Source: Octopus bimaculoides
Taxonomy: Eukaryota
NCBI RefSeq assembly: GCF_001194135.2
Contig: NC_068984.1
Coordinates: 85,465,220-85,522,746, forward strand
DNA length: 57,527 bases
Reading direction: 5' to 3'
A model generated the notes under the pieces. That model saw only the letters and a program-made list of their open reading frames with translations. It did no database searches and was not told the origin of the DNA. The position numbers and the translations under genes are program-made. How positions within the stretch are numbered: position 1 is the first letter of the stretch; each line of letters opens with the position of its first letter. Below are positions 13,190 through 24,842 of this stretch, piece after piece.

Positions 13190-13400
13190 TTCTACTAAAG
13201 ACACAAAGCCCGAAATTTGGTGGGATGAGTCCATTCGATTACATCGACCCCAGTGTTTCACTTGTGCTTAATTCATCGACCCCAAAAAGATGAAAGGCAA
13301 AGTCGACCTCGGCGTAATTTGAACTCAGAACGTAGTGACAGACGAAATACTGCTAAGCATTTCGTCCGGCGTGCTAACGACTCTGCCAACTCGTTAATGA
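13190..13400 (-). mobile_element. tRNA-derived SINE, family A (Meta-domain-like centre)
   Basis: The reverse complement reads GGCAGAGTCGTTAGCACGCCGG...GAGTTCAAATT..GCCGAGGTCGACTTTGCCTTTCATC...GGGGTCGATG. This is the most frequent repeat in the window. Confidence 0.9.
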
Positions 13401-13614
13401 TATCACTGTTCATTGCGGTCTTCCAAGCAGTTCTGGTATAAGCAAAATGTTGCCACTTCTTGTAGTAAATATGGCATTTGATCAGAGATACTTTTAGAGA
13501 TAACTCTAGAAGGCATTCCCGTGCATTGAGGAGAGATGAAATGAAATTGCTATTTGTAATATATGTGTGTGAGTGTGTGAGTGTGTGTGTATGTGTGTGC
13601 ACACGCGCGTGTGT

Positions 13615-13659
<45 letters not shown>

Positions 13660-13719
13660 TGTGTGTGTGTGTGTGTGTGTGTGTTGTGAGTGCATGTGTA
13701 TGTAGGGGGTGTTATTGTC

Positions 13720-13905
13720 ACTGTGTTTGTCTTCCACCATCGCTTGATTTTTACGTCCCCGTAACTTAGCGGTTCGGCAAGAGTGACAGTAGAATAAGTA
13801 TCGGGCTTTAAAAAAAGAAGTAATGGAGTAGATTCGTTCAACTAAAAATTCTTCTATCTGATGCCCCAGCGTGGCCACGTTCTAATGATTGAAACAAATA
13901 AAAGA
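13720..13905 (+). mobile_element. Family B SINE 3' half after (TG)n
   Basis: CCACCATCGCTTGA...CGTCCCCGTAACTTAGCGGTTCGGCAA...CCCCAGCGTGGCCAC...GAAACAAATAAAAGA. Confidence 0.88.
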
Positions 13906-14192
13906 TAAAGATAAATGAAAGGATGTATTTGATTGTGAAGCAACACAGAAAAATATTAAAGAAGTAATTAGTGTTGCATTAAGCGTGGCCTCTTGTTAGG
14001 TCATAATCCAGCGAACCAGTAACGTCTTACCAAATTATAACGCTTGCATTAGTTTCTGCAAATTTACTGAACAGAGCGAAAGCGATGAGACATATATTGC
14101 CCAATCGCTCTACATTTTCATTCATCGTACTTCATTTCTATGATAGCGATACCATTGGGCCTTATTTCTCCCTCTTATTTCCAACCTATTTA

Positions 14193-15420
14193 TTAGGTTG
14201 CCAAGAAAGCTCTTGCGGTTTTAAACCTTTAAATTCAGATGCACATATCTCGGCTCAAACAAAACTTTATTAATCGAAATAAACACCGTCAGAATCAAAG
14301 AATCAACACACTTTTGCCAACGTGAAACAAGTTTATTAATACCAGTAGCATAAAAATCCTGCGTTTTGGTGGCGATGAAGTCGTTGAAGGCGTGTTTGGC
14401 ATCGTCTGGGTTTTTGAAGCATTTCTCATGCAGGAAGTTGTCGAGATGCATGAAAAAGTGTTAGTTGGTAGGCGAGAGGTCTGGTGAGTATGGCAGATGA
14501 AGCAGAGTTTCGTAGCCCAATTCGTTCAACTTCTGCAGGGTCAGTTGTGCGACGTGCGGCCGAGCGTTGTCGTGGAGAAGAATTGGTCCTTTTCTATTGA
14601 CCAATGCTGGCTGTTGTTGTTGAAGTTTCTTATGCATTTCATCCATTTGCTGACAGTACTTCGCCGTAATGGTTTTGCCTGGATCCAAAAAGCTGTGATG
14701 GATGAGACCAGCCGCAGACCACCAAACAGTCACCATGACCTTCTTTTGATGCAACTTTGGCTTCGTGAAGTGCCGTGGAGCTTCGTCACCGTCCAACCAG
14801 TGAGCTGAGCGTCACCGGTTGTCGTAAAGAATCCACTTTTCATCGCAAGTCGCAATCCGGTCGAGAAACGGGTCATTGTTGTTGCGTAAAAGAATGGAAG
14901 ATGACACTTCAAAACGGCGTTGCTCCTTGATTGTCATTCAATTCGTGCGGCACTCGTTTCTCAAGTATTTTTGCTCTCGAACAGTTGTGCGTGGATTGGC
15001 TTCGACTAAGGCTCTTAGTTGATCGTTGTCAACATCCGATGGCCGACCACAACGCTTATCATCTTCAAGATTCTCGTCACCGCTATGAAATTTTTTGAAC
15101 CACCATTGTGCTGTACGTTCATTAGTGGTTCCTGGGCCAAAGGCATCGTTGATATCGCGAGCTATTTCAGCAGCTTTTCAGTCTAGCTTGAACTGGAATA
15201 AGAAAATTGTGCGAATTTGCTTTTTGTCCATGTTGTATCGAACGTTTCGGAAAAAATGACCTAATTAATCAAAAAGAAAAAGACTAGCACGATTAGATAG
15301 AGCGAAAAATGAGCTTTAAAATGATATATAAAGTCAAAGTAATTTAGCGAGAATTAATTTGAAAATACATCATTTAAATCCAAAATTAAAAATTCCGCAA
15401 GAACTTTCTTGACAACCTAA
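14193..15420 (-). mobile_element. Full-length mariner transposon (Hsmar1/cecropia-like), transposase pseudogene
   Basis: TIRs TTAGGTTGCCAAGAAAGCTCTTGCGG and CCGCAAGAACTTTCTTGACAACCTAA; TA TSD at 14191-92 and 15421-22. The ORF from ATG 15231 reads MDKKQIRTIFLFQFKL...WWFKKF.SGDENLED...TCDEKWILYDN...VMVTVWWSAAG...LLHDNARPH...PYSPDLSPTN, giving the DD34D motifs. It has frameshifts and an internal deletion in the second HTH. Confidence 0.97.
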
Positions 15421-16674
15421 TAAATTCTATTATCGTATTAAAATAGTACGGATAGGGATTTAGTTGGCGCCGATTCGGGCAAACCGGTTGTTATATATCT
15501 TTTTGGATAAGAAATGGTTTTTAACGTTCGTGGCAAATATTGTTGCCGTAAACGTTTCGACTTATGACAATTTGCTGCATTTATTTTCCCCCTACACACT
15601 TTTCCCATGAGAAGTTTTTGCCTAAAGATATTTTGCTGTCCGGTATTTTCTTTGCTGACAAAGATTTGCTTGTCAGAAACAAACTATCTTGTTTCTCAAA
15701 TTAGAATAAAAAGAAACAATAAAAATGATAACGTGTGTTAACCAATATTTGGTTTTAATTTTTCAGTTAATTCACACTTATCACATTATTAGTGTTATTG
15801 TTGCTTTTTTTTTGGGGGGGGGGTCCCCCTAATTAGACAAATAAGGTACTCTGTTCCTGACAGGCAGAATATGAACCAAACTGTGGGTTTAAATAATGTA
15901 CTTTTTAATACGCTTAATATTACTCCATCAGTGTCCATTAACAATTCATATGGTTCTTTCTCGTTTTGAATTTGAAGAACGAAGAAATGTACATGAATGT
16001 TTGTTTATAAGTAAATGTATTCATAAACGCTTGAATATATGTATGCANNNNNNNNNNATATATATATATATATATATACGTACGTATTTGTGTATGTGTA
16101 TGTAATGTATGTGTGTGTATGTGTGTATTTTTTAACCTGTTACATAATGCCTACTGACCCTGTCTATATTTCTTTCGCGGTAATTGAGTTTGTCTTGTCT
16201 GTAATTCTCTATCCAGTAGGGTACTTATGTTTGCTGTTGTATATATATGTATAGATGTGTGTATGTATGTATGTATGTATGTATGTATGTATGTATGTAT
16301 GTATGTAGGGGTGTGTGATGTAATTGTTTGCTTGCATATAAGTTCACTTTGCGTCGGATGAATAATATTCTATCTGGTATCCCAACTGTATCTATATATG
16401 TGATTGTTTTTAGTACCGGTTTTGTTCATCTTTCTTTGCCACCTGATCATCCTCTATTCACTCCTCAAACGTTTAGTCTAGCACCGTAGAAGTATATCTG
16501 CGTTTTCGAAATACTGTCACTATCACAATTTCCCGTCGCAGTTTCTTTTTCATTCATTGAGGGTAAAGATGCACTAACTTGACTAATCGGAATTAATCTT
16601 GATCATGGCTTTAATCTGGCTCCATCTTCGAAAGCATGCAAGCAATATATATTTCAAATAATATCTTAAAATTA

Positions 16675-16885
16675 CAAGGTGGCGAGCTGGCAGAAGCGTT
16701 AGCGCGCCTGGTGAAATGCTTAGTAATATTTCGTCTGTCTGTCTGTACGTTCTGAGTTCGAATTCCGCCGAGGTCGACTTTGCCTTTCCGGAGCGATAAG
16801 TTAAGCTCCACTTACGTACTGGGGTCGATCTAATCGACTGGCTACCTCCCCAAAAATTTCGGGCCCCTGTTCCAAGAATAGAAAA
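16675..16885 (+). mobile_element. Family A SINE
   Basis: GGTGGCGAGCTGGCAGAAGCGTTAGC...GAGTTCGAATTCCGCCGAGGTCGACTTTGCC...GGGGTCGATCTAATCGAC...AATTTCGGGCC. Confidence 0.92.
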
Positions 16886-16899
16886 AAATATTTTAAGGT

Positions 16900-17090
16900 T
16901 ACATAATAGTGGTTTCAAATTTTGCTACAAAACCAGCAATTTCGGGAGAGGGGAATAAATCGATTACATTTTTCCCAGTGCTCAACTGGTACTTATTTTA
17001 TCGACATCGAAAGGATGAAAGCAAAGTCGAATTTGAACTATAGACGTCAGAATTTGAATTCAAGACGCCTAACGATTCTGCCTGCTCGTT
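16900..17090 (-). mobile_element. Family A SINE (degenerate), tail-to-tail with the previous copy
   Basis: The reverse complement has GGCAGAATCGTTAGG...GACTTTGCTTTCATCCTTTCGATGTCGATAAAATAAGTACCAGTTGAGCACTGGG. Confidence 0.85.
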
Positions 17091-17699
17091 TTATATAACA
17101 TTGAGTCAAAGGCTAGACTGAGCATTGCTGCGGCCCATATGTTTTATGTCCCTGATATAGTATCTATCGGTTTCCCGTCTCAGTTGCGAAATTTACCAGA
17201 AAATCGCCGTAGCATGAAAGACCAACGGAAGATGCGAAACATTACCGAAAGGCTTGGACGCAGTAAAAATGTTCCACACTCCACTTCTATACGCGACGCA
17301 ATTTGACAATAACCATCATAACTCCTGATAGGCTGGTGTGCAGCGTCCAAACCATCATACAGAAACAAAAAATGAATAGAAAAAATATAATACGTGTTTC
17401 AGTAAGCTGATTAGCGTTATTCCGAAAGCCTGTTGGTTCTATTGCACAAAATAGTCGACTCACTTCTTCAGCGTGTGTGTGTGTGTACTCAATAATGTGC
17501 ATGGCCATTGCTAATGAGCTGCAAACCTAAATGGATTTTCATCCAAGTTGATGATCTGTAGCTTTTGCTACATTCATCACAAGTCTCTTCTTGGTATACA
17601 ATACAGAATTTTTGATATTTCATATTGTGTGCAGACCTGTGCCTTTTCAGAACACCAATAGCAAAGTAACTGCTATTAATATGTGTATGTGTTTTATTT

Positions 17700-17858
17700 G
17701 AATGTATGTATGCATGTGTGTGTGTGCGTGGAGAGAGAGTGAGAGAGAGAGTGAGAGAGTGAGAGAGTGAGAGGGTGAGAGAAAGAAACAGTAAGAGAGA
17801 GAAAGTGAGAGAGAGAGTAAGAGAGAGAGAGTAAGAGAGAGAGAGTAAGAGAGAGAGA

Positions 17859-17889
<31 letters not shown>

Positions 17890-17974
17890 TAAAAGAGAGA
17901 GAGAGAGTGAGAGAGAAAGGCAAACAAAACAGACATACAGATAGACAGACATATAGTTCAGACTGCCTGGCAAG

Positions 17975-18063
<89 letters not shown>

Positions 18064-18064
18064 T

Positions 18065-18120
<56 letters not shown>
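17700..18120. repeat. (GA)n-rich minisatellite followed by (GAAA)n and (GATA)n
   Basis: Directly visible. Source of the SLSL and YLSI ORFs. Confidence 0.95.
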
Positions 18121-18122
<2 letters not shown>

Positions 18123-19003
18123 TCAAACCGTGAAATTAATGCTTTTACGGATAGAGTTTCGATAGATTTGAAACTCCAAGGACGACTCCAACATGAATTT
18201 TAAATTTCTTTGAGTCTATTATTACTGCTCGAATGAAAGCAGGATCTGTACGCGAAAAACAACACAAATGAAACCACTGAAGGTTTAGTAAACCTGATTA
18301 TGTTGTGACCTTTCCATTAGAACTTTCTGGATGTTTAGATCTAGTTAGGACTATTATCCATATATTTCTTGTTTTTACTCAACAAAATCCTTTTTTTCTT
18401 TTTTTTTTTTTGCTTATTGTTGTCTGCTTTTGTCTTTTTTTTTTCTTTGCTGTTAGAATTCATCGTGTGCTGAGAAGTGACCTTGAACGATATAAGTTTG
18501 TGTTTGTTTGTTTGTTTTTTGGTTTTGTTTTTTACTTTTCTGTCGTATTGAGTGATGATGAAGGAGAAACAGAGAAGGAAAATCGGGAATGAAGAGGATA
18601 AGATAGAAGTCAGGTACCAACAGGAGAAAGAGTGCATGAAAGAGAAAAATGACCGAAACTTAAGGAAAAATTAGAGAGGGAAAGAGAGAGAAAATGAAAG
18701 GTGAAAAGCAGAAAAGCAAAAAATGAAAGGAGGAAAGAAGAAATCAAAGAAGGAATGGATTAAAGAATATACAGAAACCAAAAGGTTAAGGATTCTAAAA
18801 GTAAAATAAAAACATAAAAAGAAGGGAAGAAGGAAAGAAAGAAAAAGAAAGAAATATAAGTAAGACAGTAAAGAAGGAAAGAACGAATATATATATATAT
18901 ACATATATATATATACACACATACACATATATATATATACATGCAGATATGTATATATACACACGCACATATGTGTGCATGTGTATGTATGTATATATGT
19001 ATG

Positions 19004-19048
<45 letters not shown>

Positions 19049-19109
19049 GCAGAGATGTATACACACACACATGTGTGTGTGTGTGTGTATATATGTAAGT
19101 ATGTATGCC

Positions 19110-19285
19110 AGTGTTATAATGGTGGCAGCTGATGAAGGAAATGTTCTCTATGTGGCCTGTGTGTTTTCTGTGCCTTGTTTATCTTTTTGTCCATGTTTTT
19201 TTTTTTGGGGGGGGGGTGCAATGTCATGTACCCAGATATACATCTATATATACATGTAGACGAAGGTATGTACATACATGTACAT
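19110..19285. mobile_element. Fragment of the dispersed repeat also present, inverted, at 24843-25000
   Basis: GGCAGCTGATGAAGGAA...GTACCC.GATAT.CATCTATATA.ACATGTAGA is shared with the reverse complement of 24850-24985. Confidence 0.7.
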
Positions 19286-20486
19286 ACATATGCATATACT
19301 CATATTATTTATANNNNNNNNNNNNNNNNNNNNNNNNNNNNNNNNNNNNNNNNNNNNNNNNNNNNNNNNNNNNNNNNNNNNNNNNNNNNNNNNNNNNNNN
19401 NNNNNNNNNNNNNNNNNNNNNNNNNNNNNNNNNNNNNNNNNNNNNNTATATATATATATATATATGATAGAAGATAAAAAGAATGATTGAGAAAAGAAAG
19501 CTAGAAAGATGAGTAACGAGTGAAAATATAAAGGAGGAAAAGGAATGAGTAAGAATAATAAATTAAATAAATATTTAAATAGAGAGAGTGAGGGTGGGGA
19601 GGATACACTCCAAGATTTTTTTCTTCTGAATCGATAAGAATTCAGCATCCACACTGCTTCAGACAACAACTACAACATTGCTGTTTGTTAACTTGGGACA
19701 AAATACACAATTTTTTTAGTTATCCTTGTTTTTGCTGCTGCAGTTGTTTATTGCCGCTGCTGCTACTGTTATTGCTACTACTGCTGTTGCTGCAGCTGAT
19801 GCTGCTGTTGTTGTTTGCTGTTACTGCCGCTGTTTGTTATTCACGTCCAATTAGTACTTCCGAGTTAGCTGTGACAAGCATCAAGTAAATGATGTTTGAC
19901 AATAACTCGGCAACCATGCGTAAATCATACATCACTTCCGGTTTAGTCACCTGATCAACATTCTGCCGACGAGCAAGAGATGTAAAAGAGAAAGAGCAAA
20001 AGAAAACAGAAAAAAAAAACAGAGACAGAGATTGAGTGAGTGAGTGAGTGAGAAAGAAGGAGAGAGATTTGTAAATATTTGCAGACTACAATTGAATGAG
20101 CGTGCTGTGGTGAACTCTGCTACCGAAGAAAAGATAAATTTCTTCTAAGCTGAAACTTCAGCCTGGTTTTGCTCTCCACTTAAAACTATATAGCTGCAAC
20201 GCTGCAGTTACGCCGATAATACCTTACGCTAAGGTATAAATGTCACGGAATATCTCCTTTAAAAGATATATGATCTTTGCGTATATTCTAAAAAAAAAAA
20301 AGTGGTTATATATTTTGCACAGTGTCGAAAAACTTTCTTTTGATTTTCCTAAAAATAAGTAACTAAATCATACTAATTAGTTTCAGTTACTCTAAAATTA
20401 TATTTAAAATCGATAGTGAATGTAAAATATTTATGCTAAATTAGGGCACTTCCATTAATTGTCAGAGGAATTCATAAAATTTCGGA

Positions 20487-20882
20487 AGAACGTGAAATAA
20501 GTCCTTTTTGGAACAGTGGATCTCGAAGCACATAAAGCTGTAAATAATAGCATGCAAATATTGGGTGAAAACCCGTTTTGGATAGAAAACGTCTGAAGGC
20601 TGCCTGTGGGACTCGAAACCACACTTCCTGTAGACATGATAAGTGTTTTACCATTGGGCCATAACTGATAAGAATAAGGTTTCTGAAACGGAAAAACCAC
20701 CTATGGTTCAATGGTAGAACGCATGTCGTGTTCTGTAGATGTGGGTTCGAGTCCCACAGGTAGACTTCAGACTTTTTCTATCCAAAACGGTTTTTCAACC
20801 CAGTATTTGCATGCTATTATATACAGCTGTATGCACTTCGAGATCCACATTTCCCCGCAAAAAATGGATTATTTCATGTTCT
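20487..20882. repeat. Long inverted repeat (~180-bp arms, 38-bp spacer) with a tRNA-like A/B-box head in each arm
   Basis: The reverse complement of 20487-20663 aligns to 20702-20882. Both arms begin TATGG..CAATGGTA.AAC and contain GTGG.TTCGAGTCCCAC. Confidence 0.92.
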
Positions 20883-20954
20883 ACTAATATTCAAATTAAA
20901 TTACAACAATATGCAATTATAATTTGGTTATTACTCTTTTCTTACGATAATCCT

Positions 20955-21060
20955 TTCTATTATAGGCACAAGGCCCAACTCCAATACTTGACTGGTACTT
21001 AATTTACCGACCCCGAAAGCATGAAAGGCAAAGTCGACCTCGGCGGAATTTGAACTCAAC
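20955..21060 (-). mobile_element. Family A SINE, partial
   Basis: TATAGGCACAAGGCCC...CTGGTACTTAATTTA.CGACCCCGAAAG.ATGAAAGGCAAAGTCGACCTCGGCGGAATTTGAACTC. Confidence 0.9.
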
Positions 21061-22349
21061 TCTCTTTTGTTACGATTATGATGGCTCTTCCATCTGTTTT
21101 GATGATGTGCAGTTATTTGCTCGATCAATTAAAAACACCACGTTTTAAATTATCAAGTAAGTGGCCGAGTATTTCACAGTCATATACTTGAAACGTAATT
21201 CTCAAGGCAAATCAGCGTACACAATATATAATAAAGTTGGTCTTTTGAACTACAGGTACGGTTCATCCGACCGCCAAGGACTTCTACAGAGTTTCTATCT
21301 GTTCAGTTTCACTCACAAGTCAACTCGACGATCTAGTAAAAGAACAAAGGAAATGACATGCCAATATACCAGGCAGCATCAGCACCGTTTAAAAGAATAG
21401 GCATACTGGGCTATTGACAAGGGAATTTACGAGTCCTGTTCTAATCTAAGTATGTCGTGACTTGTTGCCAATAATACTATTGGCTTGCCCAGGAGCCTAT
21501 AATGCTACTCAGATAGACCTGCACGGCAGGTTCAAACCTATACAGTTACTTGATGGTATCGATTCAAGAAGACTGAAAGGCAAAGTTAGCTTTTACGGGA
21601 TTTGAACTCAAAACGGAGCTAAAATAGATACCACATTTTGTCTGACGCCTTTAACCATTTTGCCAATTCACTGACCTACACCTCTTACTCTCGGCAAAAT
21701 AATTTATACCACTTTGCAAATCTTTTGCCAATATTGGATATCTCTTGATATGAGCAAACGTGAGAGCTAGTTTGAATTCGGAATTGGTAGCTAGCTAATT
21801 AATTTCATAAACATCGCTCATAATTTTAGGGAAGACATGAATGTCATAACTTCCATCTTCAAGTTTGTACTGATTTCATGGGATATGAACCAAGAATTTT
21901 TCTATTGTATCTTATCTGACACTAAAGGGTAGTTTCATTGAGAAATACTCACATACGTGCTTATAGGCTGTGTATCTTTGAGCAACTTAAATTTTCTAAT
22001 TTATCACTCTGTTTGTTTTAAAATTACCTGAAGATGGCGGATTTTGCCGTGATATATAATCTAAAACTTCATCAATAAAATGCCGCAGAAACAACTGTTG
22101 TGAATTTCAGACCTCATTTGTGTTCTTTTATACTTTTAAGTATAAGAATAGGCAAACTGAACTGATGAATGAATGAATGAATGAATGAATGGCTGGCTGG
22201 CTGGCTGACTGGATGGATGGATGCTTCAGTTCATGGAAAGATAGTTCGATGAATAAGTGGGTAGACAGACGTATAGACGAATGGAAGGGTGAACTGATCT
22301 CTCTTCCGTTTGATGATATTTTAAGATAAAGAATTGATCAAAAATATAT

Positions 22350-22620
22350 GGATTCCTTCTTCTTCTTCTTCTTCTTCTTCTTCTTCTTCTTCTTCTTCTT
22401 CTTCTTCTCCTCCTTCTTCTTCCTCCTCCTCCTCCTTCTTCTTCTTTTCTCTTATTATGCGGATTTCTTTTAAATAGAGAAAGGTCACAGTTTGACCCCG
22501 TTTCTTGATATTCTTCTTCTTCTTCTTCTTCTTCTTCTTCTTCTTCTTCTTCTTCTATCTTATGTGGATTCCTTTTAAACGGAGAAGGAGCACAATTTGA
22601 CCCCGTTTCTTATTGCTCCT
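22350..22620. repeat. Tandem duplication of (TTC)n plus a ~60-bp body
   Basis: TTAT..GGATT.CTTTTAAA..GAGAA.GG..CACA.TTTGACCCCGTTTCTT follows a TTC run twice, at ~22452 and ~22557. Confidence 0.85.
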
Positions 22621-23328
22621 CTTCTTTTCTTTTTTATTTTTCTTCTATTTTTCTTCTACTCCTTTTACCGTTTCACAAAACAGACAAAATGTCTGAAGAT
22701 GCAATAACTTAAGAGAGGAAGCCATGAAAGATGAAATAATTAGGCGTATTGACGCAAGTGGAGAGCGGGAGAGAGAGAGAGATAGGATTTTGTCGATAGA
22801 AAAACAATACCACATAACGTTTTATCTGTTTTTATATCGCAACTGGTGAGCAATTACGTCGTTGGACACAGCTTTTCCATTGAACACTGGCAATGGCAAG
22901 TGAGACAAAGTACTAAACAAGTACGTCCAAGGACTTCGCTCGGAGAATATATCGGTGAAATACCACGAATATTCTCTCTCTATCTCTATCTCTCTCTCTC
23001 TATCGCTCTCCCACTATCTCAATCTCTCTCTTTCTTTCTCTCTCTCTCATACACACTCTCAAACACATACGTATATATATAAGTGTAGTGAAACCTCTCT
23101 CGGGCATTCAATCATAAATGATAACGAAGTGGCTAACATCTAGCCTTCGGCTGCCTTGGACCCTTCTGTCCACCACCCTGATTGGTTCTTAATTTGCGCG
23201 GCAATTGTCACCAGTCTTGTTTTTGTGTTTGACCGTGCGGCGCGTTAAAGGGAGCCTTTTTCCGTCTCGTCGCCATTCTCCTTTGGTTCGCACGGTCGTT
23301 CTATTACATAAGCATATAGATGAATGTG

Positions 23329-23382
<54 letters not shown>

Positions 23383-24024
23383 TCGAATGAGATGTTCGAG
23401 GAAACTTAAAATCGTGATAAAATTTACATCATATATGTGTGTGCATGTGTGATTGCATAAATTATTGTGTGTGTGTGTGTATGTGTGTGCGTTCGCGTAT
23501 GTGTGTATGCGTGCGCGTGCGATGCATGTGTGTGTGTTCATGCTAAATTTGAGAGTTTCTATAAAAAGAAGAGAAAACAAAATCTCACCTAAATATAGAA
23601 GTACGTACTTAAAAAAAATTCAAAACATCAGCTAGATTATGACTGGGAGATACACACATACACACGCGCACACACACGCACGCATACACACATACACACA
23701 CAGCACCCTGACAAATATAACACACACATTCACACGCATACACACACGCATACAATACCGCCCTGACAACCGCAATATACACACACACATGCGCACACAC
23801 GTGCGCACACACATGCATGCATACACACACACATACATAGACAGACACGTACACACTCAAATGGAACACCCACATACACGCACACACGTTCACACATCAC
23901 ACACACATAAACCCGCTATCCACATTCCCCAGATATACATACACACACATACATACATGCACACATACACTTACGCGCAAATACACACCATTCTTTACTT
24001 ATCTTATAAGTCATACATATAAAC

Positions 24025-24275
24025 GCACTCATAACCTTTTTAGCAATCGTCAACTACATTGAGACCTGTGACCATCAGACACCCACACTGTTTTTACACC
24101 TCAAGACGAATACTGGATGACAATGGCATTCAAGGAATATTTCATTAATACTTTGCATGTACCACATGTACGCACTCGAGACATTTTTATCAATCGTCAA
24201 CTACATTGTGATTCATGACCATCAGTCACTCACACTGTTTTTTTTCACCTGAAAATGAATACTGAATAACATCAT
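24025..24275. repeat. Local direct duplication, period ~147 bp
   Basis: GCACTC...TTTTTA.CAATCGTCAACTACATTG...TGACCATCAG.CAC.CACACTGTTTTT..CACCT.AA.A.GAATACTG starts at 24025 and at 24172. Confidence 0.85.
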
Positions 24276-24842
24276 GGCTGCAGTCAAATGACTGAAACAA
24301 ATAAAANNNNNNNNNNNNNNNNNNNNNNNNNNNNNNNNNNNNNNNNNNNNNNNNNNNNNNNNNNNNNNNNNNNNNNNNNNNNNNNNNNNNNNNNNNNNNN
24401 NNNNNNNNNNNNNNNNNNNNNNNNNNNNNNNNNNNNNNNNNNNNNNNNNNNNNNNNNNNNNNNNNNNNNNNNNNNNNNNNNNNNNNNNNNNNNNNNNNNN
24501 NNNNNNNNNNNNNNNNNNNNNNNNNNNNNNNNNNNNNNNNNNNNNNNNNNNNNNNNNNNNNNNNNNNNNNNNNNNNNNNNNNNNNNNNNNNNNNNNNNNN
24601 NNNNNNNNNNNNNNNNNNNNNNNNNNNNNNNNNNNNNNNNNNNNNNNNNNNNNNNNNNNNNNNNNNNNNNNNNNNNNNNNNNNNNNNNNNNNNNNNNNNN
24701 NNNNNNNNNNNNNNNNNNNNNNNNNNNNNNNNNNNNNNNNNNNNNNNNNNNNNNNNNNNNNNNNNNNNNNNNNNNNNNNNNNNNNNNNNNNNNNNNNNNN
24801 NNNNNNNNNNNNNNNNNNNNNNNNNNNNNNNNNNNNNNNNNN

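Noticed and set aside
17181-17306. + strand AG-preceded 40-codon frame LRNLPENRRSMKDQRKMRNITERLGR...
   Set aside because: No recognisable domain and no partner exon; this length is within chance expectation.
20695-20768. Possible functional tRNA gene
   Set aside because: D and T arms are present, but only 20 nt separate them, there is no canonical anticodon stem-loop, and the acceptor stem is incomplete. Treated as tRNA-like within the palindrome finding.
21355-21500. MPIYQAASAPFKRIGILG, faintly like a gypsy integrase start (PFERIGIDILGP)
   Set aside because: The match is too short, stops follow immediately, and no other LTR-element features are nearby.
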